Shown here one piece after another: positions 39,050 to 53,117 of a DNA stretch of 64,000 nt. The notes beneath the pieces are model-generated. The model did no database searches, was not told the DNA's origin, and saw only the letters and a program-made list of their open reading frames with translations. How positions within the stretch are numbered: position 1 is the first letter of the stretch; every line of letters starts with the position of its first letter. This DNA is from Octopus sinensis (Eukaryota). The stretch spans positions 50,220,001 through 50,284,000 of the forward strand of contig NC_043000.1 of NCBI RefSeq assembly GCF_006345805.1, written 5' to 3'. Position numbers and translations under genes: made by a program.

Positions 39050-39480
39050 ACTGAATCCTTATTAAAGAAAATGTTAGAACATTGAATAAATATAACAACT
39101 TAATCATTTACTGAATCATAACTAGTTGCCTAAGATCCAGAGATTATTTATGCAAATGTGATATAAATTTACTCCTTGACAGTATATTAGTCTCTATTGC
39201 AAGCAGCTTCTAGCTTATAGCCCACTCCCCACAATGGAATTGGGGAGATTGGGCCCAAGGTTGCAAGCCAATAAAATGCACATCAGTTTTTCGGTGTTAC
39301 TGATATTTTACAACAATAAATTACATCATCTTGAAGAACGTATTTAAAACTGGAGCAATAAGGGAGTCTCACTGTGATTTTCTGACCTACTGCAAAAAGT
39401 TCGCAAATCTCTCACAATCTTTAAAAAACGCAAAATTCGTCGATGCAGTCCAGTGTATATAATGTCTGTAAAAAATATAA
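39050..39480 (-). pseudogene. Possible highly degenerate Tc1/mariner transposase C-terminus
   Basis: Minus translation WLATLGPISPIPLWGVGYKLEAACNRD*YTVKE weakly resembles WPPxSPDLNPLDYxxWGxLExxAC; heavily decayed. Confidence 0.3.
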
Positions 39481-40939
39481 AAGATGGAATATTCATCACT
39501 GAACATGTCTTCTTGTTCATGACTCAGCTGCTGAGAGATAAGTGTCTTTGCCAGACATGAAACACTTTCACATAGAAGATATAAAAGTCACTGCTCCTTT
39601 CAACTTATTGCCTGGTTCTCAGTTAAATTATATGTCTATCATGCACTTTTCTAATCCTATAAAATTAAATGCAACTAAAATTAAATGATCGGAAAATCAG
39701 TATATAGCATTGGTATTGAAATCGTTGAATCCAAGGAGTAAATTAGTGATGATATGCATTGTTATATAATGCAAAGAAGCAGTTCACAAAGTGGAATAAG
39801 TTGATGCAACCTACATAAAATGTCCATCAGACCTCTTATCTTTTTTACAGCAAACTAACATTTAATCCACTTTGTAAATTGCTTGCACCAGAACTAGTGT
39901 ATCTAGTTATATAGCTAGCAGGTGCTGGTGAAGGAAAATACTTTGATAAACATGTCATATTTCAAAACTCATCTGCAATGTAATTATATTATGCCTGCAA
40001 CAATTTTATTGTTTCTTGATAAGAAGGAATTATTTCAGTGTAAGTAATAAGCCTGTTTATTTTATCTCCTTCGTAAATACAAGCACAAAGTCCCTTGCCT
40101 GCAACAAAGAGCAGATAAATTATTATTTCTAGTTGCATTGACAACAGTTGGGAATACTTTGTTAAAGCTAATTTCAAATTCTATAGCTTTAGTAGTTATT
40201 TATATTTATTCTCTAATTATTAATTTTCTAAAATGTAAGAGATGAAATGGATTTAATTGCATAGATCATCCACAATTTTCTCATTAAAGCTTTCTTTCGT
40301 TTTGAATTGGAATTGACTTGTTGTGAAAGAAATTACTACAAGTATCATTACTATTAACATTAAGAATCATATGTTTTATTCTTTTTTATTTTTTTAAAAA
40401 CTTTTTTTTAATTAACAACCTGAAGAACGTTATTTTGTTTCCTTTTGGCTCTAAATATTCTATTATTGGCATTGATTTTTGTTCTGTGTGACTATTGCAA
40501 TCACTGTTGTACTGGAAACAACCATTAGGATGAAATTTACAATCATCAGCATCATAATGGCATGAAGTTATAATTAACAGTCCCATTATAATTTCCTGTG
40601 ATTTCTAAATACACTGTTAATTCTATCAATAGCTATGTTGTATTGCTCATTGTCACTAGTTATTTTTATTTTAACTTTATTCATCACAATAACAATTGCT
40701 TTTTGTTTATGTATTTTTTTTTTAACAACTAACAAGTATATTCAACAGTAAGAGAAGAAAGAAAGCAAAATAATCCATTTTTATCCATCATACAAAATTA
40801 ACTTTTGCTTTTGACAAATCTGAACACCCTTCAAATGGATTTTCTCTACAATCCCGGCTCTAAAATGAGCCAATGAAGGTGTCTCCTTATGGTTACTACA
40901 TCTGCTAAAAATAGTAACCAAACATCTTTTGTATTACAA

Positions 40940-41125
40940 ATGACTATCTTACAAAAGGGAAAACACATTGGTGTTGGTTTGTTTATGTCCTTGTAGCTTA
41001 GCAGTTTGGCAAAAGGAACTGGTATAGTAAGTACCAAGCTTTATAAAAGTAAGCACTGGGGTTAATTTGTTTGACTTAACTCTTCAAGGTGGTGCCTCAG
41101 CATGGCTACCGTTCCGTGACTGAAA
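40940..41125 (+). mobile_element. SINE family B 3' portion
   Basis: ggtgttggtttgtttatgtcc...cttagcagtttggcaaaag...cagcatggc...gactgaaacaa matches the family tail. Confidence 0.8.
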
Positions 41126-41462
41126 CAATTAAAAGATAAAAGATGTGTGTGTGTGTGTGTGTGTGTCGTGAGCACACATTCTTTTATTCTTTTGCTGATT
41201 TCAGTCATTGAAGTGTGACCAGGCTGGGGCACTAAATTATGGTGTTTAATTGATTACATTACACATATTTATTTTATTTACTGAGGTGTAATGCAAAGCA
41301 AAATAGACATTATCGAAGATATGCATTTAGGATGTAGAGAGAAATTACTGAACTGAACATCACAAGATATAATGTCTGATGCTCAACTGAATGTGCTATC
41401 CATCTTTTATACATGCATGCACACTCATGCATGTATGTATGTAGGTATGTATGTATGTAAGT

Positions 41463-41506
<44 letters not shown>

Positions 41507-44500
41507 ACATACATCTATATATATATATTTATATGTATGTGTATATATAAATTTATATGTGTGTGTATAAATATATATGTACACACACCTACATATACAC
41601 ATAGGTATGCATATATGTGTCTATATGTATACATACCGATATATACGTATGTATATATATTTCACACATGCACGCATGCACACACACACATGTGTATATA
41701 TCATTAAAGTATAAACGTATTGCCATTACAGCTAACTGGATTTCCTATCAGTATTTTGCTTGTTTGCTTTTTATCCCAAATGCCTTATGCTTTTTTTACT
41801 TGCTCACCATCCTCGCCACCACCATCTCTTCCATCACAAAGCATTTAAACTCAAACCTCAGTGTACCAGGTGGCACACTGGTCATATATTAACATTTCTT
41901 TGATAGTGGAAAACTACTGTCAACCTTCATCACATCACACCTGTTAATTGTTTATGTAATTTTAAGACTCTGTGGTATTTTATCAGACCTATCTACTTTG
42001 ATGACATGCATCTCACTCACATAGCTGGGGCGAGCTCATCAAATAGTTTTAAATCAATAATTCTTTGATGTTCTACTAACACATGTTTTTTCCATCCTTA
42101 TAAATTATCACGAAATGACTCACTGCATGCTGTAGTTATCTTTGATGTTTCAATGACATTTGTTTGAAGCATTTCTTTTTATGCTGTTGCTTATTATTTT
42201 TAATTATTAATTGTTAATTATTAATTGATACTTAATGCTTTTCTGCTTCTATGAAGGAGGAAGGACTCCTACTCTTCATATCTGAAATTACCATTTCTAT
42301 ATTTGCTAATATTACAATATTTTTTTTTTCTCTGACAAATGATTCTGTAACCTGCTCAGAAAATGTGCATTTAACTTTGGTATAAAATATACCTGAGTTG
42401 AAAAAAGAAAACATAGAATAAAAAAGAGATAGAAAGACAAACAAGCAAACTGCATAACATTAGTTTTCAACTTCATGATTATATACAGTTAACTGAAGCA
42501 GTTATATTTGGTAGGGTTATGTAGAAGCACTATTTACTTCTAACGTATGCTAAGCATGATATTATATCATAAAAATTTCCCAAACTTTCAATGTTTTAAA
42601 TGTCAAACTTTCAACTGATTTTGAATTCGAAATCCCAACTAGAAAGCTTAATGTACATTTTCCCTTAATGGTAAATATTTGATAATAAATGCTTTATGGT
42701 GTGAAAGTCTGTAATATTTACTTTAAAAACTTTATTCAGAAAGGTGTTTATTTTTAAACATCTAATATGTTTGTCTTTTTTTTTTATTTAGGAGAATGGG
42801 GATCTGAACTTAGTTTAAAGTTAAAGGATTGCTTTACAGCTTAATGAATACATTTAATTAACTTTTCAAAATACGGGAGGAACTGAAATTAATCAACAAA
42901 CTATATTTGAAAACTTGGCAAATTTTTTATCTTGGTATCGATTCCAGGAAGATGAAAGGCAAAGATAATACTCATAGGATTTGATCTCAAAATTCAAAAC
43001 TTTCTATGCCTAATGGCAAGTTAATGTTTTTAAATTATCAATTTAAAAAAATTGTGCTCAGAGATATTTTAAAGAAAATTAACATGTTTGGTGCTTCATA
43101 TAATGCATACACTTACCCCAACAAAATAATTCTGTTTCCATCAATCAGTCTAGTTCATTGCTAACCCACTCTAATGCTTTGATTTTGGCAGGAAAATTTA
43201 ACGTTCTGTCTATATGTGACATTCTTGTGACAAAATATGAACTTGTGACATTTCAACTACGATTTAACACAAGTTGATTTGAACATTCCATGTCCTCATG
43301 ACACTTTCGTCATGTCACTCTTTGTGATAACTATTGTAATGACTATTCAAATAACTACTGACAAGTGTTTTGTAATAACTATTGACAATTAAAATAAATA
43401 TGCAATGTATCACAAAGTGTAACTTCAAAGTCTAATATCACTTATAAAATAATTGCATTTTCTGTTTCAAGTAAATGAAATTTACAATTAAATTTATTAT
43501 TTGTAAATGTGCAACAAACACATCATGATAAAAAGATAGCAAACCCAGTATATAAATGGACAAAGTGCCTTTAGTGTTATTTAGGTTATGTTCCTTTATG
43601 TTCAAATTCTGTGAAGGTTGACATTTTCTTTCCATTTATCCTTCTGAGTTTAAACAAATATTGCCTGTCAATAAAATGTTCTTGGGGTCATGTGATTGAC
43701 TATACCTTTAAAGTTCCAGCATGGTCACAGTCCAGTTACTAAAACAAATAAAAACAACTGTTTGAAAATAATTGTAAATCCAGAGGAAAAAGCTTGAAGT
43801 CAAATACATTTACTGTGATATTTAGGAATAAAAACAAAAAAATTGTTCATTAATTCATTTTCGTTACGTAGAATGATACAAAGTAGTTTGCTTGGTATAT
43901 GTCTTCCTCTACTCAATTCATAACAGAATTTTAGCATGTGGTATAACAGTATTTGATAGTTCTTAACTTACTTTTATTAGGTAAGTCCTTTATGTATATA
44001 AATAAACATTAAATAGCATGAATGCCATCCTTGTTTCGCTAGGTTAAAATTTTATAAATTAAATAATCCATAAAACAAGATTTTAACTTCTACTTCAAAA
44101 CACTGAATTAAAAACTACTTTCATATGTTTATTTATATATTTATATATTTATTTTGTTTATTGCAATTTTCCCGAATTATTTACTGAAATGAAAATATAA
44201 CAAGATAGTAGAAGTAGTTTTCTTCATGTATTTACGACTAAATACAAGTAAATAGATATTTGATATCAGTTTAGCAAAATTTTAAAAAGTAAAACATATA
44301 ACGGGAAGGATCAATGGTAAAAGAAATGTGTTTATAGTTATGCACTTTATAGTTATATGCTTCACAATCATTAAATGTCATTTCAGTTTTTTTATTATTT
44401 TTTTTTATTATCAGCTTGATGTTTATTTAGTATTGGGTGTTATAGCTTTCTCAGATCATTTTGACCATTAAAAAATATTTAAAGGATTTATTTTGTGAAT

Positions 44501-44683
44501 TATAATTGGGTGTAATAGTAAACAAGTTGTGATCTTGCTTAACAGTCATGAACCATTTACCTTTGTACACAAGTGGTTTCATCTATGTGTGTACCAGTGC
44601 ATGCACATCAGTATGTGTAAGTATGTATGTGTGTATGTGTGTGCATGTGTGTGTGTGTCTATGCATGTGTGTGTCTGTGTCTG

Positions 44684-44726
<43 letters not shown>

Positions 44727-45549
44727 TGCAATCTTTCATGAAACCATGTCCAGCTATTGTGTTGTTCATGTCTGAAAGAAGGGAAATATTACTTTCCTTG
44801 GAAACAATTGATATGTTGGTGACAAGAAAGGCACCTGGCTATAGAAGAAATCTGTATAACAAATTTTGTCTGACCCACACAAACATGAAAAAGAAAAAAC
44901 ATTAAAATGACAATGACCATGCAAGCATTTATATACATGCAAATGTTATGTGTGTTTGTTGATAATTTTACAATGGCTTGAATAATATATATATATACAT
45001 ACATATCATTTAATAAACGCAACTATTAGTTTCATGCCTCTGAAAATATGATGGTTGAACAAGCTTCTATAGCATGCCACATATATGCAAGCAACAACTT
45101 GAAATGTGTATATTAAATGATATTGATCTCTCGCTGGATAGAATACATTTTTGTTATATTATGTGTGTGTGAGTGTGTGTGTGTGTGCACGTGTATAATA
45201 ATATATAACACATCCATGTATACTTGAATATGGGAAAAACCTTTGCCGTGGAAATAGTTCCAGGAGGAAATTCCTCATCATAGACAATGTGTGAAATACA
45301 TCCTTGAGCCATGACCGGTAGCATATCATAGGATGCATGTATTTCTGTGTCATTACACTTCATCAACTAAGAAAACTGAATTAGTTGCCCACAGTCATAT
45401 AAGAACAATTGTTCTTATATTCAAGAACATCAAATATTACATTTGCTAAAACTACATTTGTTAATGCATGCACAGGTTTGTCAAGCTAAAATTAATTAAC
45501 TAGAGATACACTGAATGAAATATATGTGTGTACAGTTATATTTAATTTT

Positions 45550-45860
45550 CATGTACCCTCAGATGTGGAAAAATCTTTCACTGTGAAACTAGTCTCAAGG
45601 GTAAAAACTCCTCATAGACAATATGTGAGAAAGCATATCATTGGGCTATGAATAATGTCATTAGATCATAGAACATGTTTCTACAGCATTATGCTTCATT
45701 AGCTGTGAATACTGAATCAGTCATTCATAGCACTGTAAGGACATCCTATGATTCAACGATGCTCATACCTCAATGATGTTTTCACACATATTGTCTATGA
45801 GGAGAATTTTTTCTGTGATTATTTCCACAGTGAAAGGTCTTATCATGTCCAAGTATACAT
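45550..45860. mobile_element. MITE with ~100-bp imperfect terminal inverted repeats; partial second copy at 45215-45410
   Basis: ctttcactgtg...ctcctcatagacaatatgtgagaaagcat on the left is the reverse complement of atgttttcacacatattgtctatgaggag...ccacagtgaaag on the right. Confidence 0.75.
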
Positions 45861-46863
45861 TACCATGTTAAATGTGATTATACAAATATATATTTCATTC
45901 AAAGCTTTGTGCATTTCCAGCTAACATACACACACACACACACATAGGAAGAGAGAGAGAGAGAGAGAGAGAAGAGAGAGAAAGAGAGAGAGATGGAGAG
46001 TGAGAAAGAGAGAGTGAGATTGTAAACAAACAAACCAAACAACAACATTCACTTCTTCCAGAGTAGGAAAACGTCCTATTTATGACTAAAGTACTAAAGT
46101 AGCATAAAAGTTTTATGAAGAATTATCATACAACTCATTAAAAGGAAATAATTCGGATGAGTAGGATTATTTATCAGTTAATAAAGGCTTAAATTAAAAG
46201 ACCTGAAATAAAGTATTGCATTCAAATGAGAAACTTCTCAAACATGGAGTGAGCATCATGAAGTCATAAAAATGCCTGCTAAGTTTATTACTTTCCTTAA
46301 TTGCAAACTAATGGAGACGTCTCTATATGATCATTCGAACTGTGTGAATAGCTGCTAAATCTTTCATAAACCAAACACCTACTGTCTTAAACAAGTAAGA
46401 CCACATTCATTAATTGTAGTTCAAGGTAGCTTGAAAAAGTGGGATCGTTATGGTTGAAATACATTTGATTATAAGTTTGCTTGCTTAGCCTAAGTTACTT
46501 AGAAATGAAACAAGTTATCTTAACTCTTTTGACACAAACTTGCATGAGATCGCCAATTGCTTTATGATTCAAATTTCCTGTTTAATATGAACAATATTAA
46601 AACCTTCTATCAGAATTTCATATAAATTTATATTCCAAACTCCAGTTTTATAATGACAAAGTTACTTTTAAAAAATTCAGCCGCAACCTTGGCTGCATGA
46701 TAAGAAGTTTGCTTCCTAACCACATGGTTCTGGGTTCAGTCTCACTGCATGGCACCTTGCCAAGTGTCTTCTGTTATGGTCTTGGGCAGACCAAAGCCTT
46801 GCGAGTAGATTTAGTAGACAGTAACTGAAAGAAGCCCATTGTATGTGTGTGTGTGTTTGTGTA

Positions 46864-46923
<60 letters not shown>

Positions 46924-47634
46924 GGGATATAATTAATAAATATCCTGGAAACAGCTGTAAGATCTTCTATCTATAAATGTTCCAATATCTACACAGCTTT
47001 AGTTTTTTATCTCATTGCGCAAAAAATTCTTATATATATATATATGTATATATCTATGTATGTGCATCTTTTCGTCTTTGTTTTTCCCCCCCTCACCGCT
47101 CGACAACTGGTGTTGATGTGTTTACACCCCCATGATACAAGTTTTAGTTTGCAACCAAGTAAACTACAAATCTTAAAGCAAAAAAAAAATAAGTTTATCT
47201 AATTGTAAATAATCACTATGTAAGCAGCTGGAGTATTGTATAACTAACTAGTGTTTTATTATTTTGAAGTATTGAATTTAAGTTTTATTATTAACCTGCA
47301 GGAAAGTAATGCTGCGATAGTTTTCAGTTTCTACGCAAATTTGATAATTATTTTTGTCATACAAAAATAAATAAATGACAAATGAAAAATAAAAAAGGTT
47401 GTTTTTTTAATGTATGAAGATGCTTGAGCCATAGAAAAAAGTAAACTTAGGATTCAAGTGAAAATAAATCATAACAAATTTAAATATATAATCAAACTTT
47501 AGGCTTGTTAAAATGTTTGTGATATATTTTGACTTGTAAAGGCAAAATCACTAGTTACCATAGCGAAAAAAAGTTTCTTACTTGTTGTCAATGGTGTAAA
47601 AACTTCATATCTACATAGTGCTTCCCTCTAGTAG

Positions 47635-47682
47635 ATTCCAAGACATGAGTTTCTGGCTCTTTAGTCTTCCTCAGTAGGAAAT
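47635..47682 (-). ncRNA. Minimal type I hammerhead ribozyme motif (core intact, stems partly decayed)
   Basis: Minus strand atttccta CTGAGGA a-gact-aaag-agcc-a GAAA c-tcat-GTC ttggaat: CUGANGA and GAAA cores, GUC site, stem I ttccta/ttggaa with one mismatch, 2-bp stem III. Confidence 0.65.
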
Positions 47683-47973
47683 ACCAATGAGAGATAACCC
47701 TGATCAGATTCAAAGTCATAGCTTTAACTAAAAATAAGTCAACATTAGTGACTGAATTGTGCTCGTGGACTGCCTGGTCAGAATAAAAATAGTAGCATCA
47801 GTGCTAAGCTGTGATTAGGAATAAACGAACGTTAGGTTAGTTAAAATATGTTGGTAATGTATTTTAATTTCTAAAGGCAAATTTACAACAGTTGCTATGG
47901 GGAAAAAAAATTGTCTCTTACAATAAAAATTGCAGAAACAACATCACATCTACTCATTGCTTCTCTCTAGTGG

Positions 47974-48022
47974 ATTCTCAGATGCGTGTTTCTAGCTCTT
48001 TAGCTTTCCCCAATGGGAAATA
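47974..48022 (-). pseudogene. Degenerate second hammerhead copy in a direct repeat
   Basis: atttccca TTGGGGA a-agct-aaag-agct-a GAAA cacgc ATC tgagaat; core mutated, stem II perfect; paralogous to 47635-47682. Confidence 0.55.
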
Positions 48023-48742
48023 CTAAAGAGAGATAACCCTGGGCAGATTCAAAGCCATAGCTTGCAATCCCTTAGGCTTGGTTAACCAGGTTACTTGGTA
48101 TATATTTTATATTAGAAAATTGCTAAAGTTAGATAGGAGAAATTATGGTGTTGGTGGGGTGGGGTAAATATGAAAATCATGTCACATTCACTTTAAATTA
48201 CTTTGAGTTCAATCTAGATTTGTTTCTAAACAAAACAAAACAAAAAGAAAGAAAATAACAAAAGAAATTAAATCTCTTTGAAATTGTTCATATTTGTGAC
48301 ATTTAACTTCTGTTACATATTCAAAAACATTGTAAAATATTAGGAAGGACATCCAGCCACAGAAACCATACCAAACCTGACAATAAATAAATGAATAATA
48401 GCTATTATTATTATTATTATTATTAGTAGTAGTAGTAGTAGCAGCAGCAGCAGCGGTGGTGGTGGTGGTGTTGGTTGTAGTAGTAGTAGTAGCAGCGGTG
48501 GTGGTGGTGGTGGTAGTGGTGTTGGTAGTAGTAGTAGTAGAATTTAATATTGAATGTTCTTTAGAATTGATATTGTCTTCTGGTCAGGGTGGACTTATAC
48601 ATATGTTACTGCAAATCCCAACGCTGTTATCCCTTATTCTCTAGTGTTGTCCCTTATTTTACATGCTTTTTTTCTTTTTTTTTTTCTTTTCTTTTATACC
48701 ACCCTGATACTTTTCCAACCTAACCAACTACCAAGATGTATC

Positions 48743-49225
48743 ATGCATTGTTATGCCCTTTAACACAATCATTCACAACAAATATTTTACATCTGTGTAG
48801 CATGTAAAGAAAGAGTACCACATATTTCGTGTCATTTATTTCCCTCCCATATTCTTTGTCACTCTTGTTCCACTCATTTCCCAAGTTACTGCTAAGAGGA
48901 TCCATACATTGTTATAGTTTGAACATAATTATTCACAGCAAATATTTTACATTCATATTAGCATATTATAAAGAGTCTCTTCTTGCATACATATCACAAA
49001 TATGATATCATTTGTTTCCCTCTGAAAATTCTTTATCAATTTTGTTCCTCATATTTCCCAAGCTACTGTTAAGGCAATCCATGTATTGTTATGTCATATA
49101 ACATAATTCACAAGAAATATTTTACATTCATATTGCATATACTAGAAGGGCTTTTCCTGCATATGTGTCACATTTTCCATGACATTTGCTTCCCTCCCAA
49201 ATTCTTTAACTACGTTATTTCAATC
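48743..49225. repeat. Diverged tandem triplication, ~160-177-bp unit
   Basis: atgcattgttat...attcaca.caaatattttacat...tttccctc...attcttt...atttcccaag.tactg.taag recurs at 48743, 48904 and 49081. Confidence 0.85.
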
Positions 49226-49322
49226 CTTTATTACTGGAACTGGTTATCCTGGAACCTTAGTTATGCACTTAATCCTTTATAATATTCATGACATAAAGAT
49301 GAAAAACTTTTGAGCATTATTA

Positions 49323-49573
49323 CTGCATCTTTTTGTCTTGAAATATACTCTTTTTACTTGTTTCAGTCATTTGACTGTGGCCATGCTGGAGCAACGCCTT
49401 TAGTCAAGCAAATCAACCCCAGGACTTATTCTTTGTAAGCCTAGTACTTATTCTATCGGTCTCTTTTGCAAAATCACTAAGCTATGGGGACATAAACACA
49501 CCAGCATTGGTTGTCAAGCGATGTTGGGAAGACAAACACAGACACAGAAACATATACACACACATACACATAA

Positions 49574-49662
<89 letters not shown>

Positions 49663-50103
49663 CATATATATATATATTATATATATATATATATACATAC
49701 ATATAATACAACAGGAGGCGGTGAGCTGGCAGAATCATTAGCACGCCGGGCGAAATGCTTAGCGGTATTTTGTCTGTCGTTACGTTCTGAGTCCAATTTC
49801 CGCCAAAGTTGACTTTGCCTTTCATCCTTTCAGGGTCGATATATAAAGTACCAGTTTCGCACTGGGGTCGATGTAATCAACTTAATCCCTTTGTCTGTCC
49901 TTGTTTGTCCCCTTGTGGGTAGTAAAAAAATATATATACATATATGAAACAGGCTTCTTTCAGTTTCTATCTACCAAATCCACTCACAAGGCTTTGGTCA
50001 GCCCAAGGCTATAGTAGAAGACACTTGCCCAAGGTGCCATGCAGTGGGACTGAACCCAGAACCATGTGGTTGGTAAGCAAGCTACTTACCACACAGCCAC
50101 TCC
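49323..50103 (-). mobile_element. SINE family B interrupted in its internal microsatellite by SINE A (about 49714-49925, + strand)
   Basis: 3' half at 49323-49560, 5' half at 49930-50103, complete SINE A head to tail in between. Confidence 0.88.
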
Positions 50104-50419
50104 ATTTATTTCAATTAATTTTTAAAATAAAGAGGTATTTATTCAAATAAATTTGTTGTTATTAAATTGGTGTTTGGAACATAAATTAACATGGAGTTTT
50201 GATGGAAGGATTTAATTTGTATCTCTTTAGAATAGAAATTTTTTATCACAGCCCCAGGGTAGTATGGAGTAAGGTGATATTAAATGGTTTAATTTTGCTG
50301 GAAAGTTTTAATTTGTATCTCTTTAAAACAGAAAATTTTTATCATAGCCCTAGCGTGGTTTGGGTTAAGGTGATGTTAAAAGGTTTAAGCAAAAATTCCA
50401 CAGAATAGTTTCTGCAATC

Positions 50420-50754
50420 TCTTTTTTAGATTCTTCCAAATATCCTTCCATGTACCCGTGATTCTCATTCTTTCTCCATTCCTTTGGATTTCTCCATTTC
50501 CGAATTTCCAAATTTCTGCACATTAAGTTATTTTCTTCTTCATGCAGAACTTACCTTGCATTTGCATTCTTTCATCATCAGTATATAATATATCATGTGA
50601 AGTTTCGTCCTCTTGTAAACGCCTTTCATATCTTGATTTCTACCTCCAATATTTTTTGTCATGAATAACCTTTTATCAAGTGCTTACCTGCCAAGCAGGA
50701 GATATTTCTCTTAGCATTTTGCTAATAATTCCAGTTCCATCTAGCAATTTTACA

Positions 50755-50755
<1 letters not shown>
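50420..50755 (-). pseudogene. R4/Dong-like retrotransposon fragment next to a trinucleotide array
   Basis: Minus translation ALDKRLFMTKNIGGRNQDMKGVYKRTKLHMIYYI resembles xxRLYLPRxxGGRGLxxIExxYKxTKI. Confidence 0.5.
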
Positions 50756-50756
<1 letters not shown>

Positions 50757-50785
<29 letters not shown>

Positions 50786-50788
50786 TGT

Positions 50789-50884
<96 letters not shown>

Positions 50885-51030
50885 CGATGATGAAAATGAT
50901 GACGGTGATAACGATGATGACGACGACGATGATGATGATGATGACAATGATGAGTGATGGTGGTGCTGGTGGTGCTGATGATGGATGTGATGTTGATTAT
51001 AACACTCACTGGTGGTGGTTTTGGTGGTAG
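50757..51030. repeat. Compound (GTT)n(GAT)n(GAC)n microsatellite
   Basis: Direct inspection. Confidence 0.95.
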
Positions 51031-52290
51031 TGACATTACTATTATTATTATAATTATAATTATTTTTTTTTTAATAAATAATATTCAGCCATACCCATCC
51101 ATCCTTTTCTAAGAAACAAGAATTTAAATAAAACGGTAAAAGAATGAGACATTAACTTATTTTTTAAATTTTTATTTTTATTTTATTTTTATTTCAGTCA
51201 TTTCCAATTACAGTAACAACTTCAATGTCAAGAGAGATAGATGTAATTATAATGAGGAAAGTGCTAGCTAATCCTCTATAGTACCAATATAACTTTTAAA
51301 ACATCGGCTTCACTGTGTGTTGTATATGGTTTCTCTTAGAGATGGGGGGAAAAATTTTTATAAGGAGGTGAGCAGATGCTCTTCAGAGACAGACTTTTCT
51401 ATTATATTGCACTGAACAACAGGACACATAATAAATTAATAGAAATTAATCGAATGTTTCGTTAGTTTTGATTTAGGAGCAAATCTACTGAGTGTTTGAA
51501 AAATTAAAAAATTAAAGATGAAGGAAAAAAAAACGTCTTCAGTTTTCTTTTTTGTTGCTTTTTTCATTCTTTTCATTTATTTAATGAAAACTATAAATAA
51601 CTACCGTTATTTTTTTAAATTTTATTTTCCAGCAATATGGTTTTAACTGTCCATCATTTCTTTTCTTTTTATATCGTTGAATTATACATACATATATATA
51701 TATACATAAAGATATATGTGTATGTCTGTACATACACACATACAAATATATATATAAATATAGATATATATATATGTATATACACACACACATATATATA
51801 TATATTCACATACACACACACACATATATATGCATATGCATAACATATATTTACATATGTATGAGGGCGTTTTGTAAGAGCTTGTGTGTGGTGTGTGTGC
51901 ATGTGTGTATGTATGTGTGTGCGTGTGTATGCATGTGTGTATGTATAAAAAGACAAAGCAAGAATGAAACACAGAATGCAATATCTTAGTCAGGGAATTT
52001 ATTTTACTTTATGTGAAATAAAAACTATCTATTTTAATGCTTAATGATATATATAGATTCAAAGAATATTTTCTCTAGATGACTGCATCCTGACAGTTAT
52101 AATTAAACTGTCTGTCATTTAAAAAAATTTGTTGTGGTATAAACCTATTACTGTCTCCCCAAAATACCATTCATCTTTAATATGAGCCGCCATCCCTAGA
52201 AATATACATGTGAAAATGATTTGCAAAGAAAAGAATTAAAAAATAATCAGCTGTTTCATAATTTGCATAGATAATGTGTGTGTATGTGTT

Positions 52291-52334
<44 letters not shown>

Positions 52335-53005
52335 TGTGTGTGTGTATAAATATAAGTATATACCTACATACATACAGGCATACTTACATATATACATACA
52401 TATAGTTCACACACAGAAATACACATGCAGGGTGACATTGAGACATAATTTTCTCAGTGAGGCAATTTAAATGATAATAAATATAATCATAATAATAATA
52501 CTTTCTTGATGGGGCCATACATACTGCACAAAACTTGTCCTACTAACAGGTTATAAAACTTATGACGATATGCATACATATATGAGTGTGTGTGTGCGTA
52601 TATATATATATACACACACACATACACACACAGGGTGCAATGGGTAAATTTTTGTCATTTTATATTTTTAATTTCATGCATGTGCATTGTTTGTTTTTGA
52701 TTTTGTCGACTACACAGTATAGTAGGGTCAGTTGGGCAATGTCAACACAGAGACCTACATCAAGTACCTGGAGGAGATAGTGCTGCTCTGTGTTCTTGAG
52801 CAAAACATTTCATCTAAAGTTGCTCTATGATCACTTTGACACCTGACACGTGGTACACCATCCACCTGTTCAGGCAACAGTGATATGATGGAGGGAGTGA
52901 GCAAATGTACAGCACATACATTTGATCACTATAAACAAATCATTTGCACAGGGTGTTTGGTAAGCTGAATACTCATGCATCGTCTCCAATGGGATAGTCC
53001 ATCAT

Positions 53006-53050
<45 letters not shown>

Positions 53051-53117
53051 GGTCCCGGGTTGATTCGGGGTTAACCACAGTAAATAAGGTACTCAATACA
53101 TAGTAGAGTAAAATTAA

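Noticed and set aside
50545-50690. Two strong minus-strand GTAAG donors, and a GGACGAAAC...CTGATGA type II hammerhead-like order
   Set aside because: They lie inside an R4-like fragment with no good acceptors; the ribozyme stems and cleavage triplet cannot be formed.
51340-51367. Plus-strand 28-nt microexon candidate (ttctcttag|...gag|gtgagc)
   Set aside because: Not frame-preserving and unsupported; such motif pairs arise by chance.
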